64,000 bases of DNA from Tubiluchus corallicola (taxonomy: Eukaryota; Animalia; Priapulida): NCBI GenBank assembly GCA_030141605.1, contig JAQGDQ010000363.1, forward strand, positions 170,984 to 234,983, written 5' to 3'. Numbering within the stretch: the stretch's first letter is position 1; every line of letters starts with the position of its first letter. The position numbers and the translations under genes are program-made. Below the pieces are notes generated by a model, which saw only the letters and a program-made list of their open reading frames with translations, did no database searches and had not been told where the DNA came from. Below are positions 14,869 to 28,352 of the stretch, in pieces.

Positions 14869-15269
14869 CTGAAAATCAAGAAGGGAGATCTTTTTATTTT
14901 CTCAAATTCTAAAAACATGCCTTTCAACGTGACTCTACGTTAGATGGTAGATTACGGAAGGTCAGTTTGGGACTAGTTGATAAGACAAAGTTCTGCTGAG
15001 CTCTTACATTTACATAAAATAGGTTTGATAACAGATTTATGATTTAACACTTTTTATCATATTTTTAATTCTCTTACAATCAATCTTGCAACAAATAATT
15101 TACTGACATTCTTACAACATTTGTGTAATGTAACTTTGTAAAAAAACTGTTTAACTCTCATATTTTTGAAATGAAAAATGCAATCATTGTGACAAAGCCA
15201 ATATTTTAGCAATTACAAGAATAGCTCTGCATTTAGACATGTGGTCATAAGACTCTTAACTCATAAGCT

Positions 15270-15660
15270 ATATGCCTTTTCACAATTTTGCTAGGTGCTG
15301 TAAGTCAAAGGTTAAGTGAACCCAACAATGCATCTTAACTACAATCACCACCTGACATATGGATAATGCAAAGCCGTCTGCCACAGCAGTTCAGTAACTT
15401 CAGTTGCAATGCCATTTCCTTGTTGTTTTACATGGACTTTACTTAATTATGCATTAGTCTATGCATAGAGTGAATTACTAGAAGGATCTTGCTTGAAAAC
15501 AATAAAAAATGAACTAGGTAAGATTTTAGCTAGTTGTTAAAAACTGTTACTATTACAGTAGCATGGGGTGCGAGGCGTTGTCAAATGCACTGTCTGGTAC
15601 ACTTGACCTTTGACTTTTTCGCAATCATCATCAATCGCTGGAATTGTGAAAAGGCTTATT
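15270..15660. mobile_element. MITE-like element, copy 2, in a FAM107 intron, interior inverted relative to copy 1
   Basis: Terminal GCCTTTTCACAATT / AATTGTGAAAAGGC and inner GTCAAAGGTTAAGTG / CACTTGACCTTTGAC inverted repeats. Confidence 0.8.
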
Positions 15661-16411
15661 ACCATACTTTCTGGTGTTTCTATGTCTAACTCAACCATCC
15701 ACATCCCCTCCCCCCCAAAACAGGTGAATCACGGAATTTGTGAGTGAAGACTAACCATTTTACAAAAGTGTTGAGGTCTAAACACAAAGAAATGGGAGAC
15801 TATCCTACAGATTCTCCTCTTTGTTTCTATTTCACATGCAGCTATTATAAGCTACTTGAATTGCTGCAGTAGTATAATCATAAATACATCCTAATTGCTA
15901 TCATTATACATGTTAATTGAACCAAAATTATGCAATGGTGTACATATATGTATGTAAAATGTATGTTACTATGATATACTAATAAATAAATTGAAAATTG
16001 AAATTGAAATTGAGACTTAAGTAATTTTGTCAAGCGTCATCCATTGTCATGACACAATCAAGAATTCATGTTTACTCGCATATGTGAAGGATTAAATGGC
16101 ATTCGGAATGCATTATTCATTATGCATTATTCACCTGCGAGTAAGGGCCGAGACTAAGGTATCGTCGTAAAATTGCTTAAGGGTCCGAGACAGGAGCCAA
16201 AATGTGAACATTAAGCTAAATTGGTCAATTGCACGAGTAAACTTTGCGCTGGACCAGGTATAGTCAAGTGCTAAATACTGCCGGAATGGGTGCATGCTAC
16301 CTTAATGATAATCTTGTTTTTTGTAATTAATTTTATTCTTTTTTGTTCTAAAATCTCCAGACTGATTTTGATTTTTCATGCTGAGATTTCTCAAAAAGTT
16401 GTTAAACTAAC

Positions 16412-16601
16412 ATTTTTTGGTTAAGCTTCAACTCTCGATGAAGTTGCTGTCGATCGGACGACTCTAAACACGGATTTGGAAGCTTCTTCGGTCGAATTAG
16501 ATGTCCCCCATCTCCTGATGGTACAGAATCGTAGGGGGAGCCTGTTTCCTCATCACTGTAGTAATCCGGCTCCGGAATAAGTAACTCTGGGTACACTTGT
16601 T
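16412..16601 (-). CDS. FAM107: FAM107 (DUF1151) family exon
   Basis: atttcag / AT|gttagt, phase 1-2. EPDY...LIRPKKLPNP...QQLHRELKLNQK matches the FAM107 motif EPDY...LIRPxKLxNP...LHRELxxNQK. Confidence 0.93.
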
Positions 16602-16608
16602 CTGAAAT

Positions 16609-16816
<208 letters not shown>

Positions 16817-16818
<2 letters not shown>

Positions 16819-17095
16819 CAGTGTTAGCAAAAGAGTTTGCATTATTTTTCTTTTTACAAATGTTTGCTCACATCAAAAACGAACAAGAAGTCATTCAAAG
16901 TCAGAGATTGTCAAATAAGAATTAATATTCAACACATTTCTTGGGACTGAGGTCATGGTGAGAATGAGTCGTGAGAGAATCGCGTTCAGAAGTAAATACA
17001 CTTCTAGAAAAGCATTCCACATAGAAATAGGTCTGAGAAAATAGCTAGTTAAAGGTGGTGACGTCATATTGTCGCAATTAGTGCTGAAAGACCAC
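16817..17095 (-). repeat. Copy B of the inverted duplication (partner 1825-2101)
   Basis: Reverse complement of copy A; in the intron upstream of FAM107 exon 16412-16601. Confidence 0.95.
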
Positions 17096-17117
17096 TTCTC
17101 GCTATCGTCGCTCTCTT

Positions 17118-17155
<38 letters not shown>

Positions 17156-17490
17156 GTGCACACACACACGCACACGCACACGCACACACACACACACACA
17201 CACACTCTCTCTTGTTGCTTGCTATACAGAAAATTCTATTTTAGAGCAGGTCTGCGTTTTAGCCACTCTCTGAAATGACATCACGCATACAAATAATAAG
17301 GTAAATACCTTGGTGACATTGAGTGGCGCTGACAGATCAATCTCATTAACTCCCCCCCCCCCCCGTTCCTCCTCCCACTTTCCGGTCATCAATCATCAGT
17401 TCATCACCTCAATGCAATTCACACTAATTAAAATCAAACAGCAAGGCCAGCCTACATAATTAATGTAAACAAACTTCTTCAAGACTTCAC

Positions 17491-17509
17491 CTTCCGAAAC
17501 TGTCGCCAT
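17491..17509 (-). CDS. FAM107: Candidate short first coding exon of FAM107 (MATVSE)
   Basis: Strong Kozak context gtcgccATGG, then GAAG|gtgaag donor in phase 1, matching the phase-1 acceptor at 16601. Confidence 0.45.
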
Positions 17510-17715
17510 GGCGACCAGGAGACTGATTATAGTTTATCCTCATCTGACAGGTCAACGACCTCTCTGTGCACCAGCATCAGCAACACAAGTGCAATAATAG
17601 AAACGCTATAATATCAACGCTATTATATCAAACGCTAAAACCACAAGATTATTTCCCTTCTATGGCAGCTCATGTTAATTCTGTGCTAACTCCAGTTAGT
17701 AAGGGAACAGGTAGT

Positions 17716-17830
17716 AGGTAGATGGATAGGTAGGTAGGTAGGCAAAAAGAAAGGAAGGAAGGTAGGTAGGTAGGTAGGTAGGTAGGTAGGTAGGTAGGTA
17801 GGTAGGTAGGTAGGTAGGTAGGTAGGTAGA
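17716..17830. repeat. (AGGT)n microsatellite
   Basis: Direct reading. Confidence 0.95.
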
Positions 17831-18666
17831 TAGTTAAACAGGCAGGCAGCCAGGCAGGTAGCAGACTGGCTGGCAAACAGACAGATAGGAATGGGTAGGT
17901 AAATAAAATAGGTAAGTAAGCAAGTATAATGTTTATTTACTATTTTAAGCACAGTTACTACGATATATGAAAGAAAACAAACATAGGATAAAATAGCATA
18001 ATAACTTAATATAACTTAACACAATAACTTTAGTGCCCTGCCATAGTCTGTGTTTCAGAATGCCAAACGGCTTGAACGGAGCAAACAGTTTATAATAATT
18101 CACTTTACTCAAAACATGCACTTTTCAAATTCAAATCTAGTTTATCCTACAGTACAAGACAGGTTGAAATAAACTGATTATTTAATTAATATAGGTCGGC
18201 GAGTATTTCCTCATATTACACGCTGTCTTTCTATTTCCTGTTGTGAATAATCTATTAATCTTTAAACAAAACAGCAACACTTGTAAAACCGGAATGTACA
18301 GTTCACAAGTCTAACCTATCATAGTTCATCACTTCGTACCAGCAGTGATCGTTTAGCAATCATAACCAACTTAAAACTCATCTCATTATTTCGTACAGAA
18401 AAATTAATCAGTTGTAAAAACAAAATGACCCAGGACTGATATTAATCATTTTATACAGTTTAAAAATTAATCGCCTATAAAGATATAATGACCCTGGTGT
18501 TGTTGTTATTAATATTTTAATACTTGCGACGTACATTCGAATTTAAAGCTGCATTAAGTCGTACTAGTTCAGTATAAATTGTGTAGATGGCGATGAAAAT
18601 GTATTCTATAGTATAACATGCAAATACTCTTGCAAGACCATGCACTTGAACATGAACTGCTAAAAT

Positions 18667-19016
18667 CAGGGCCGGAGTGTCCTATAGGTTAGTATAGGCT
18701 GCAGCCTAGGGCCTGTGAAGCTTTGAAAACATCTGTTTTTCAATCTGCTTTTAAACAACGGTTGCCTTGAAATATGTGCTAATTTGGTTTGTAATAAATA
18801 GTAAAATAGTGGTATTTCTTAAATCTTAAAGAGTATTTTTATTGACAAACAAAAGATAGCTATTCTAGGCTATTTGAAGAATTTGCAATAAGTTTACTTC
18901 AAGTTATGAAAAAGTTGCTAAAATACATCAGGATCAAAAAGACGGGTGTGGCTCTGTCTGAGAGTGACCCATAATTTCATTAGCCTAGGGGCCTGAAAAG
19001 TCATAATCCGGTCCTG
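18667..19016 (+). mobile_element. hAT MITE, CAGGGCCGGA family
   Basis: TIR CAGGGCCGGA / TCCGGTCCTG with perfect 8-bp TSD GCTAAAAT. Confidence 0.92.
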
Positions 19017-20762
19017 GCTAAAATCATAAAATAGCGCAATATAATCTATTACAGAAATTGTTTAACTCAGTTTAAAATGGCTTTGTTAGATTCACAGTTG
19101 CATGCCAGTTGTACACGTTAGCATGCAAGAGCAATTAATCATTAATCAGCAATCGTTATTAGTCATTAATCATATATTACGTCTGAATCTAGAACGTAAA
19201 AATCCTAAACACGATGATAAAAAATCTCTTTTATAAATGACTAGCATTCAAAATCTAGCTCATTGTGTCAACGGATGCGACAAGACACATTTAATTTAAA
19301 GTACTGCATGCCCTGGTTTGTCTCGATATTTGCCAAAGGATGGCACTACTGGCACAATACAGTAATTCATTTATGCTTTGATACATGCTTGATATACAGC
19401 AATGATTTAAAGGAGTACTGGCCTATAATGTTTGCTCTTTACAATAAGTGACACGTTTTACATAACATACTATAACGAAGTGTTTATAGAACATGTCTGT
19501 CTGCGTCACGACCTAGTGGCAACTACTCACGTTACTCTTGAACTAAAAAACAGTGTGCCAAAAGTCGTGACAACTGTGAGTCAACAAAAAGACACTGACT
19601 TAAATAAAAAGTTTAATTTTTCTTGGTAATAGATGTCTATTAACGCTGTTTACTAATTGGGGACTCCATCAACTAAAATTAGTTTTGAACTAGCAGAAGA
19701 TAGTGTACCTTTAACATTTCATTCAGTCCAGTACGTAAAAAAATGTTAAAATTTGAGTACGAGTAACAAAACCTCATATTTACATAACAATTAATTAATC
19801 TAAGATTAACGGTTACAAGGCTATACTAACCGCCATCTAGTGACACATTTGTAAAGAAAAGAATGAGATTAGCCTTTAAAGTGGAAGAAAAGCTACCTGT
19901 TCATTGTCAAAAAACTAGAATTAGTCGCATACCCCGCAGGCATATTATTACGTACCCCCATTATAAACACATACAATGGATGAAGGTGAAAGTTATTTAA
20001 AATCTTAAATTTTCTAAAGAAACTTGAACGTCCTTGGTTAAACTGCTGTTGCTGATAGAGAACACTTATTAACATTTAAAAAGAAATTCTACAGTTTTAT
20101 AACTAAGTATTTACACAGCGGCCAAAAAACAGGCAGCTGGTTGCTTTAGATAACAATCATAAATTGCTTATGTTGTAAAGCTTGAAAGCATTAATGTGTA
20201 AAAGTGGAAAAACTTTCACGGAGGAACCAATCAGTGACATGGAATATTTAACAGTGTGATGAAATTTCTATTCTGATTTTTAATTCAGAGTTTATTTCTT
20301 TATTTATTCGCTTATTTATTTCTATTCTCTCACATCTACTTTTCTGATAGGTTACATAAAGCTACTGCAAATAGATCTTTCTATTAATGAACTTTTGGTA
20401 CCTTTTCAATAGTTTTCATAGGAAAGACTTTTGACGACCTTGTATTTTCTTTTATAGCATTAAAATATTGTAATTCCTTGCCTTAAAACGTCAAAACTGG
20501 TTCTACCGTGAAACTACTTAAAAAAACGCTTAAAGACACATCTGTCTAAAATTATTATGATCAATTTCAACTGCTGTAAACTTCACTAATGACCTATTTT
20601 TTATCATAATTTCTGTCTTGAAAGTGATTAGTGTGTTTTGTGTGATAATTTTATTAATGTTACAGTTTCTTAACTGTGCAGTTGTAACCATAATATTTCA
20701 CTGTACAGTGCCATTGAAAGCGTCTTGCTTGAACGTGCGCTTTATAAAACACATTTATTATC

Positions 20763-21561
20763 TATCTATACTCTTATATTAATATTCTTGGTATCTTAAT
20801 ATATTTATATATATATAAGATTCGAGGCTACAGCCCGGACGAGGGCACCATTTGCGGCGATCTATATATCAAACGAAAGGTCTCGATCTAGTGTCTTCTC
20901 ATTGATGGTTTATTTTTCGAATTGGGCCCACCGGGAGGAACGGGAGGCGAAAAACCTCTAAAAATGGCCCTTTTTCGGCCGTTTTTTGCAAAAGTTATAC
21001 GGCTGAGATGTAGAGAACGGGAACGGGCCGAGGGGGGTACTGGGTATGGATAGATAGCCCGTTCAGCGGTGGGTGTCATAGGCCTATTTAGAATTCGCGA
21101 GAGGGCCAGGGCGCCCCGCAACGGGCGTTTTCCCGGACCCAACTCGCGATTTTTTCGAAATTTTGACCAAACAGCCTGCGGGAAAAACGTTCTAGCGGCA
21201 CCCGGTGGGACTCTCGGAAGGAGATGTATGGCTCTTTAGAAAGAGGAAGGACAGGGCTACACGATGATGTGGGTTATATTTTAGGGCAGGTCCACCGAGA
21301 GGAGTACTGGCCAGTTAATTAGATGTTCTATTTTTGACAATTTTCGCTTAGAAAACTGTTGACGCAATGCCATTGTTGTGACGTCATCCATTATTGCTTA
21401 TAGCTTTAATTCAGTAAAAGCTACAGGCTTTGCGTTAGTTAAACAAACAGTAGGCATGATGTTACAGGCTTTGCGTTATACATGAGGACTAGGTAGGATG
21501 TTCACGTATTATTGATTACACGTGATTTTTTACGCAAAATCTTTTGCGGGGCCTTTGCTAG
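20763..21561 (+). mobile_element. Non-autonomous Helitron-like element, copy 1
   Basis: A|TC 5' end, hairpin CGCAAAA-TC-TTTTGCG about 9 nt before CTAG|T, no TIR or TSD. Confidence 0.75.
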
Positions 21562-21562
21562 T

Positions 21563-21582
21563 TCTCTTATATTAATATTCTT

Positions 21583-21620
<38 letters not shown>

Positions 21621-22366
21621 ATTCGAGGCTACAGCTTCGACGAGGGCACCATTTGCGGAGATCTATATACCAAACGAAAGGTCTCGATCTAGTGTCGTGC
21701 CATTGATGGTTTATTTTTCGAATTGGGCCCACCGGGAGGAACGGGGGGCGAAAGACCTCCAAAAATGGCCATTTTTCGGCCGTTTTTTGCAAAAGTTATA
21801 CGGCTGAGATGTAGAGAACGGGAATGGGCCGAGGGTGGTGCTGGGTATAGATAGATAGCCCGTTCAGGGGTGGGTGTCATAGGCCTATTTAGAATTCGCG
21901 AGAGGACCACGGTGTCCCATAACGGGCATTTTCCCGGACCCAACTCGCGATTTTTTCGTAATTTTGACCAAACAGCCTGCGGGAAAAACGTTCTGGCGGC
22001 GCCTGGTGGGACTCTCGGAAGAAGATATGGGGCTCTTTAGAAAGAGGAAGAACGGGGCTACACAATGATGTGAGCTACATTTTAGGACAGGTCCACCGAG
22101 AGGAGTATTGACGAGTTAATTAGATGTTCTATTTTCGGCAATTTTCGCTTAGAAAACTGCTGACGCAAAGGCATTGTTGTGACGTCATCCATTGTACTCT
22201 ACTCTGCTTATAACTTTAATTCAACAAAAAGCTACAGGCTTAGTTAAACAAACAGTAGGCATGATGTTGCGGGCTTTGTGTTATAAATGAGGACTAGGTA
22301 GGATGTTCGCGTATTACTGATTACACGTGTATTTATATGCAAAATCTTTTGCGGGGCCTTTGCTAG
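21563..22366 (+). mobile_element. Non-autonomous Helitron-like element, copy 2 (head-to-tail)
   Basis: Diverged full-length repeat of copy 1 with the same hairpin and CTAG|T end. Confidence 0.75.
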
Positions 22367-24234
22367 TTATTATTATTATTATTGTTATTATTATTATTAT
22401 TATTATTGTCTTCGTCATCGTCATCATCATCATCATTATTATTTAGCCAAATATGATGAATGTATGACGCCTGTTGTGAACTGGCCATGGAATGTTGGAA
22501 GAGCGACACGCAAAACATTAATTACTCTAGTCGACGACCTCTGTAAAACTTTTTTCTAGACTTTCATTAAGCTTCTAGTAATTAGCTAGTAATTAAGTTC
22601 GTTAATTATTGGCTTCTACAGGAAGCAGTTCACAAACGCACCCTTGCTCTTCCGGTGCAAAACTTAACAGGCTATAAAAGTGCACTAGTAACGCAGCCGC
22701 TAATGCATAAATAATCTATAATTATCTGCTGGTGTTGATGGTATGTAGTGGTGAGGATTAGGCATGTACGCGTGGATGCTTCAGATATCAGTCATATCTG
22801 ATCGTTTGTTGACAGGAAACTATCCAGGATGTAAAGATCAGGCTCAAAGTAATCTCGTAGATGGACAGAGTAAAAATAAAGAAGCTTTTGGATATTGAGA
22901 TATAATTTATATTGCAAACTTTATTATAGAATTATAGTCTTGCGTAAGGAGTTTAAAATGCTTTTGCAGAAATGCAAGCTTAGATTAGAATAGAATAAGA
23001 TGGGATAGAACAGAATAGAGTAGAATAGGAAAAAATAGAATCGCAAAACATTCGTGCATTATTAGCATTATTTGGCGAGCAGAAAGCAGAGACAATGTAA
23101 AATGTTTTCACATTGTTCATCATCTGGGAACGAATTCATTAGCGTTTGTCATTTCACAGAGAACTTTTAAACAATGTGAAAAATCTTGTTGCTATTGTTT
23201 TGCGGCATGATGAGGGCGGGGCGTGGGTGGTGTGGTATGGTATGGTGTGGGTGGGTGGGTGATTGGTATTTTTAATACATTATGATTCATGAAAAAGCAC
23301 CATTGCAAAAAAACTGTTGAATGACGTAATGGAACAGACGTAAGGGCATCCAAAACACGGCATGTTGCTCAAGTTTGTACATTTTACAAACACGTGAGCA
23401 AGTGTACGTGCGTGCGTCTGTACGTGAGTGTGGCAATCCAGTAACCTAATGCTTCGCATTCTAGACTACTTTTTTACAAGGAATGGCATTCATAAAAATT
23501 CACTTGCAATTTTGATTATTTATCGCAAATTATTTAATTACCTGCTGCAAGTAATTAATGCGTCATAGGCGAACCAGAGCGTGCGGAATGAAGTGAAATT
23601 CAATGAGAAGTAACATAAATCATTTTTATGAGTTCATCAACACTCATGCCTTTATATTTTGATTTAATTATTGCTTAATATTTTATATCGTTCCTGTAAT
23701 TAAATTCTTCGTGTATTGTAATATCGGGTTATTATGACCGTAATGAATAATTATGGGTAATAACTATCAATATTAATCTAATTAATTATTTATTACTTTA
23801 TACTAATTACTGCATTTTTGCTTCGATGTTTTTATTTTCAATCTTATTCCAGTCTTTGAAGAAAGGAAGAACGATGCAAAAGACCTGCCTTCTAATGCCA
23901 CACTAAGATATAATCTTCTTTTTTGTTTATTTTTATCCTTTTTGCAATATGCAATATTCTTTTTTATTGGCTAAAAATTTGTAAATGTGTTGTTGGTGAA
24001 TACCATGGAGATTGTTTTTATATAATAGTTTGAAGTAAATTGAAAAAATAAGGAATAGTCACAGGAATTTTAAACAAAAAACAAAAAATGCAATTTTTTC
24101 AAAAATTGTCCAAAAATTGTATTTCATTCAAAACTTTTATGAACAGTGCAGAACTGTTTCTCTTGCTTTACGAATGTGAACAAGTGTCAATTTTAATTTT
24201 TACTTCTGTACGAATCAAATTAAAAAAATGCTTT

Positions 24235-24902
24235 AAAAAGGTTTGAGAAAGAACAAAATCTGGTTGCCAAGATACAACTTACCTCCGTTAGGTGGCATTG
24301 TAGGCAACGACCAACGATGTTTTTTAAAATCAAGCAGCACTCTCTGATACAACAAGCTGCTTTGTCTGTCTACCATACACTCATACGATCTTTCCATCTT
24401 TCTAACGCTAAAATACTGTCTTCTATGGTACCCCCCAGACACAAAACAGCAATCAGTCCATCCAAAGTAAAGCACAAAAACTTTTACTCCTTGTTCGTAT
24501 ACGCATTACACTTTAGCAGCTATAAACAGTTAAGCCACTTTCACACATAACATTCCAAAAGTGTGGAGTTTCGCTGAACTACACAGGTATAACTGATCGT
24601 ACAGGACAGGTGCGTTATGCAGGTAAAATTACCTGCATGCTTGGCTGCATTGATCAGGCACGCTATCTGAGCCCAGTGGATATTGTATCCTCAGGTAAAG
24701 TAATCAATAACACCAAGCATACAGGTAAAGGGAGGTAGAAACAAATGAGGCATTATTGCACGATGCAAGCAAAAGAACGCTCCCACAGTACAAAGTACGT
24801 TCAAGACATACCATAAACAATAAAATGCAAACTTGGCACGTTGCCAAAACTACAAATATTTATTAGTTTAGTACTCAGGTCATGTGAGAGCGAAAGGGTT
24901 AA
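24235..24902. mobile_element. Probable piggyBac-like remnant
   Basis: Right end GAGAGCGAAAGGG-TTAA resembles a piggyBac terminus; left end not identified, so the start is approximate. Confidence 0.3.
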
Positions 24903-27418
24903 ACAAACGTCGTACTATCTCCTGGCAAGGCAATAACTTCAAAAGAAAACAACTTAAAAGGGCAATTATGGCACCGTCTTTTATTTGAGAAAAACGGTGC
25001 AATGATAACTCAGGAATTTATGCTGTCGGCAAAATCAAAATGATTATTTAAATAGACCTCTCAGTCTTGATCAATAGAAATAATTTCAAATTCTGTGTCA
25101 AATTCTATTTACAAGCTATTACAAATACAGATTAAAACAAATTATTTCAAATTCCCTGCAATTCATTTCTAAATGGAAGGCTTAATCGTACTCTTATAAA
25201 CTACAGACTGCAACAGTACTTGCGTTACTAACGTCTTTTGAGCTATAAACACAGATTTATAGAGGTATAAACCATGTTAAATAAACAACGAAATGTGAAC
25301 TATGCAGGTATTTAAGTCACCTTGGATTATATATATATATATATATATATATAGCGATTGTTTCTACATTGTATTTAGTAGGCCTATTAATATTTCCCTG
25401 AAAGTTAATGTATTATAGGAAAGAACAAGCACTTAGGATGTTGGGTTTATTTTATTGTTAACATTTAAACTGTTTGTGGTGTATTAAAGGAAAGTCACTT
25501 AGGGACAAGTCACTAGGGACAAGTATTAAGGGACAAGTCACTTAGCATGTTGGGTTTATTTCAACATTATCAGTTAAACTGATAATAACATAACAAAGAA
25601 ATTTGTAAAAAAAATTGTCTATAAAGTGCAATGCTAATTTATTCTACAGCTACATAAAATTTTCAGGCGCGGTGGTTGCCTCCATTCACTTGAAAATTAT
25701 GACGTAACTGGTGGACTTCGTGACTTTTCGTAAACGCATTGTGTTTTTCCACGAGAGTGCGCTGCTTAAACTATTTCGAACTTCTGCAGCGTACCAAAGG
25801 TTAACCATAAAAATATTACAAAATCAGCTACGTAAAATTTTTGTTACAAACTTATTGTACTTCTGATGCAAACTGACAGTGTCCTGCTTTTCTTCACTCA
25901 ATGAATGACGTCACTGGTGGACAAATGGGCATTCAAAATGGGAGTGTCAAAGCCTAAAACCGCCATGATTTTAAAGCGATTTTCCAAATTACATGAAGCG
26001 TTTCATCACATTTTCATTCCTAAATCTTTCTAACATTCTTCCCAAATATTGAAATAAGCCTAACTTTCCAGAAGGCTTAGCCTTTCCTTTAAATTACAGT
26101 TTAATTACAAATTCAATACTGTGCAATTAAAAATTAAATACCACTCTACTGATGACAACGTTTTGATTTAGTTTTCACAGTCACACTATTTATTTATTAT
26201 TTGCACAAGAAGTACATTTACATTATAGTAATTTTATAAATTTTTATTAATCACAAAACTAACATTTATAAAAATATGTTACCTAATACGGCATAACTAG
26301 AACAATTAGAATAACTTAATTAAATTCAGACTAATGAATATTTTTACCTTACGATACCTGCATTGTTGCTTGCGATTATTTTGGTTTCAGTTTCATGGAA
26401 TTACAAAAGTAATTTTCATATGAAGCGGGACACAGTCACAAAGGAGCATGTTCCAATTAACCACAAGAGCAACCATAGCTGATCAAAATTACAACGTGCA
26501 AATGCATAATTACCAACGACTAAATGCACTTCCAGTAAATAATAGGTATCAACATGAGTTTTCAACAGAAAATCCCTGCAGAAAATGGCTTTTATAATGG
26601 GGACATAAAGGAAACTGGAATTAATGTAACATTTACGTGAAATAAGTACTTTCAAGCTGTTTGAAACTGTGTCATATGGAACATTTCTAGACAAGAATGA
26701 ACAAAGGTACAACAATTTGACTGTTATGGGTAAAAAGGCCAAGGACATAGAAGGTGCAGCAGAGAGAGGGAAGTATTGTAAAACTTTGGAAAATATATTT
26801 GGAAAATGAGGGTTAATAGGACAGTGAAAGATGAGCACTACTGAGCATTATTATTGTTATTATTATTATTATTACTATTACTGCTAATATTATTATTACT
26901 AAGATCGTTATTTATTACTAATAATTTATAAAGGCTGTATCAATATTTAGTGCATGTAAAATTTTCTTTGTCAACAACTTGAATGACAATTTTGTACCAT
27001 TTGTAATCCTTTAACTTCACATGATCATTAATAAGATGCTGAGAGTTTTTTAATTAGTTTGAGCCTCTCCTTTCCACGTCATATTAATTGCCAGACAGTC
27101 CGGGAAGATAGAGATGTCAATGATTATGTCTTTGACTACAATAGACTTAAATTTTTCCGAGAAGTTTTCGTGGTCACGCAATAATTGATAATTAAAAACA
27201 AACTTAGATGACACGCATTATAATTTTTTAATTGTAAACCATTTTGCTTAAATTAAACTACAAATATTGCAGTAACACCACCTTTTTTCGTAAATTTTTT
27301 TTTGCTGAAAAGTATTGTGTTGCATGTAAATACAAGTATAGTTCTTGTACTAAGCAGAAAACTCAAATTATTTCATTTTAGACAGATTTTAGTTTGTCAT
27401 TTTGTGTGGATTTGTCGT

Positions 27419-27781
27419 TAGTGCTGGATCACCCTATAGGCTAGTATAGACTGCAGCTTAGGGCACTTCAAACTCGAGGGCCCTCAAGTTTTGGTATTTT
27501 TGGTAAGAAATTTGTTTTTCACTATGGTTGTATTGAAATGAGATAACTTGGTTTGCAATGAAATTAATAATAAAACAGACAGTGCATTTCTTAAAATATA
27601 TTTTTATTTACAAACAAAAGATAGGTATTCTAATTTATTTAAACAATTTGCAATAAGTTAACTTCAAGCTATGTAAATTTCGCGAAAATTTATCATGAAT
27701 AAAAATACCGTTATTACCGATTGTTGAGAGCCCCATAATTTTATTAGTTTAGGGGCCCCAAAAGGTATTAATACGGCCCTA
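27419..27781 (+). mobile_element. hAT MITE, decayed copy of the 18667 family
   Basis: Shares ccctatagg.tagtatag.ctgcagc.taggg 5' part, aaacaaaagatag..attct interior and taggggcccc...taatacggccct 3' end. Confidence 0.8.
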
Positions 27782-28352
27782 ATTGTTATTGTAGATTTGG
27801 GTGTGCATTGTTCTTGTGTATTGTGGTTTTTACAAGGCAGTTTCAACATAATTGCAAACGCAATTTTACAAACGAAACAGCGATTGACATTAGCGCATGT
27901 TTACTCTATACTTGTACATATTTACAGTTAACAAGCATATTTCATAACTAACTGCATAAAATTAAGTAAAATGTTAAAAACCTGAACTTTGATCATCAGT
28001 TTAACTTTTACGACATTTGAATGTAAGCAAGTGACTTTGCAAATCAAATCAAGTCAAACATCAAAACTTGGGTAAACTCAACAAAGGTCTTTTACTTAAA
28101 TCTGCAACACTACAAGCATAATGGTGTGTACAAATTGGACGGATATTGTACTGTACGCAAACATATCACAACTAGAACTTAACTTGAGTTAAAATCTAGA
28201 GAAATGCTACAATGTGATACTGACAGTAAGTAACTTAAATATGAGTAATAACAGCATACATTAATTACTATTGTAAAAGTAATTTGTAGTTTTAAGCAAT
28301 ACTTTTATGGAAATTATACTAATTTTGCTATTAGCAGTATAACGCAGGTAGT

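Noticed and set aside
17309-17319. Alternative FAM107 first exon ATGTCACCAAG|gtattt
   Set aside because: Ends in phase 2, incompatible with the phase-1 acceptor at 16601.
20888-21943. Two paralogous 84-aa ORFs
   Set aside because: They lie antisense within the Helitron-like repeat, start at non-ATG codons and have no recognisable domain.
25484-26093. Kolobok-like element TTAA-AGGAAAG...CTTTCCT-TTAA
   Set aside because: Only a 7-bp inverted match, and the left end overlaps a local duplication; too weak to call.
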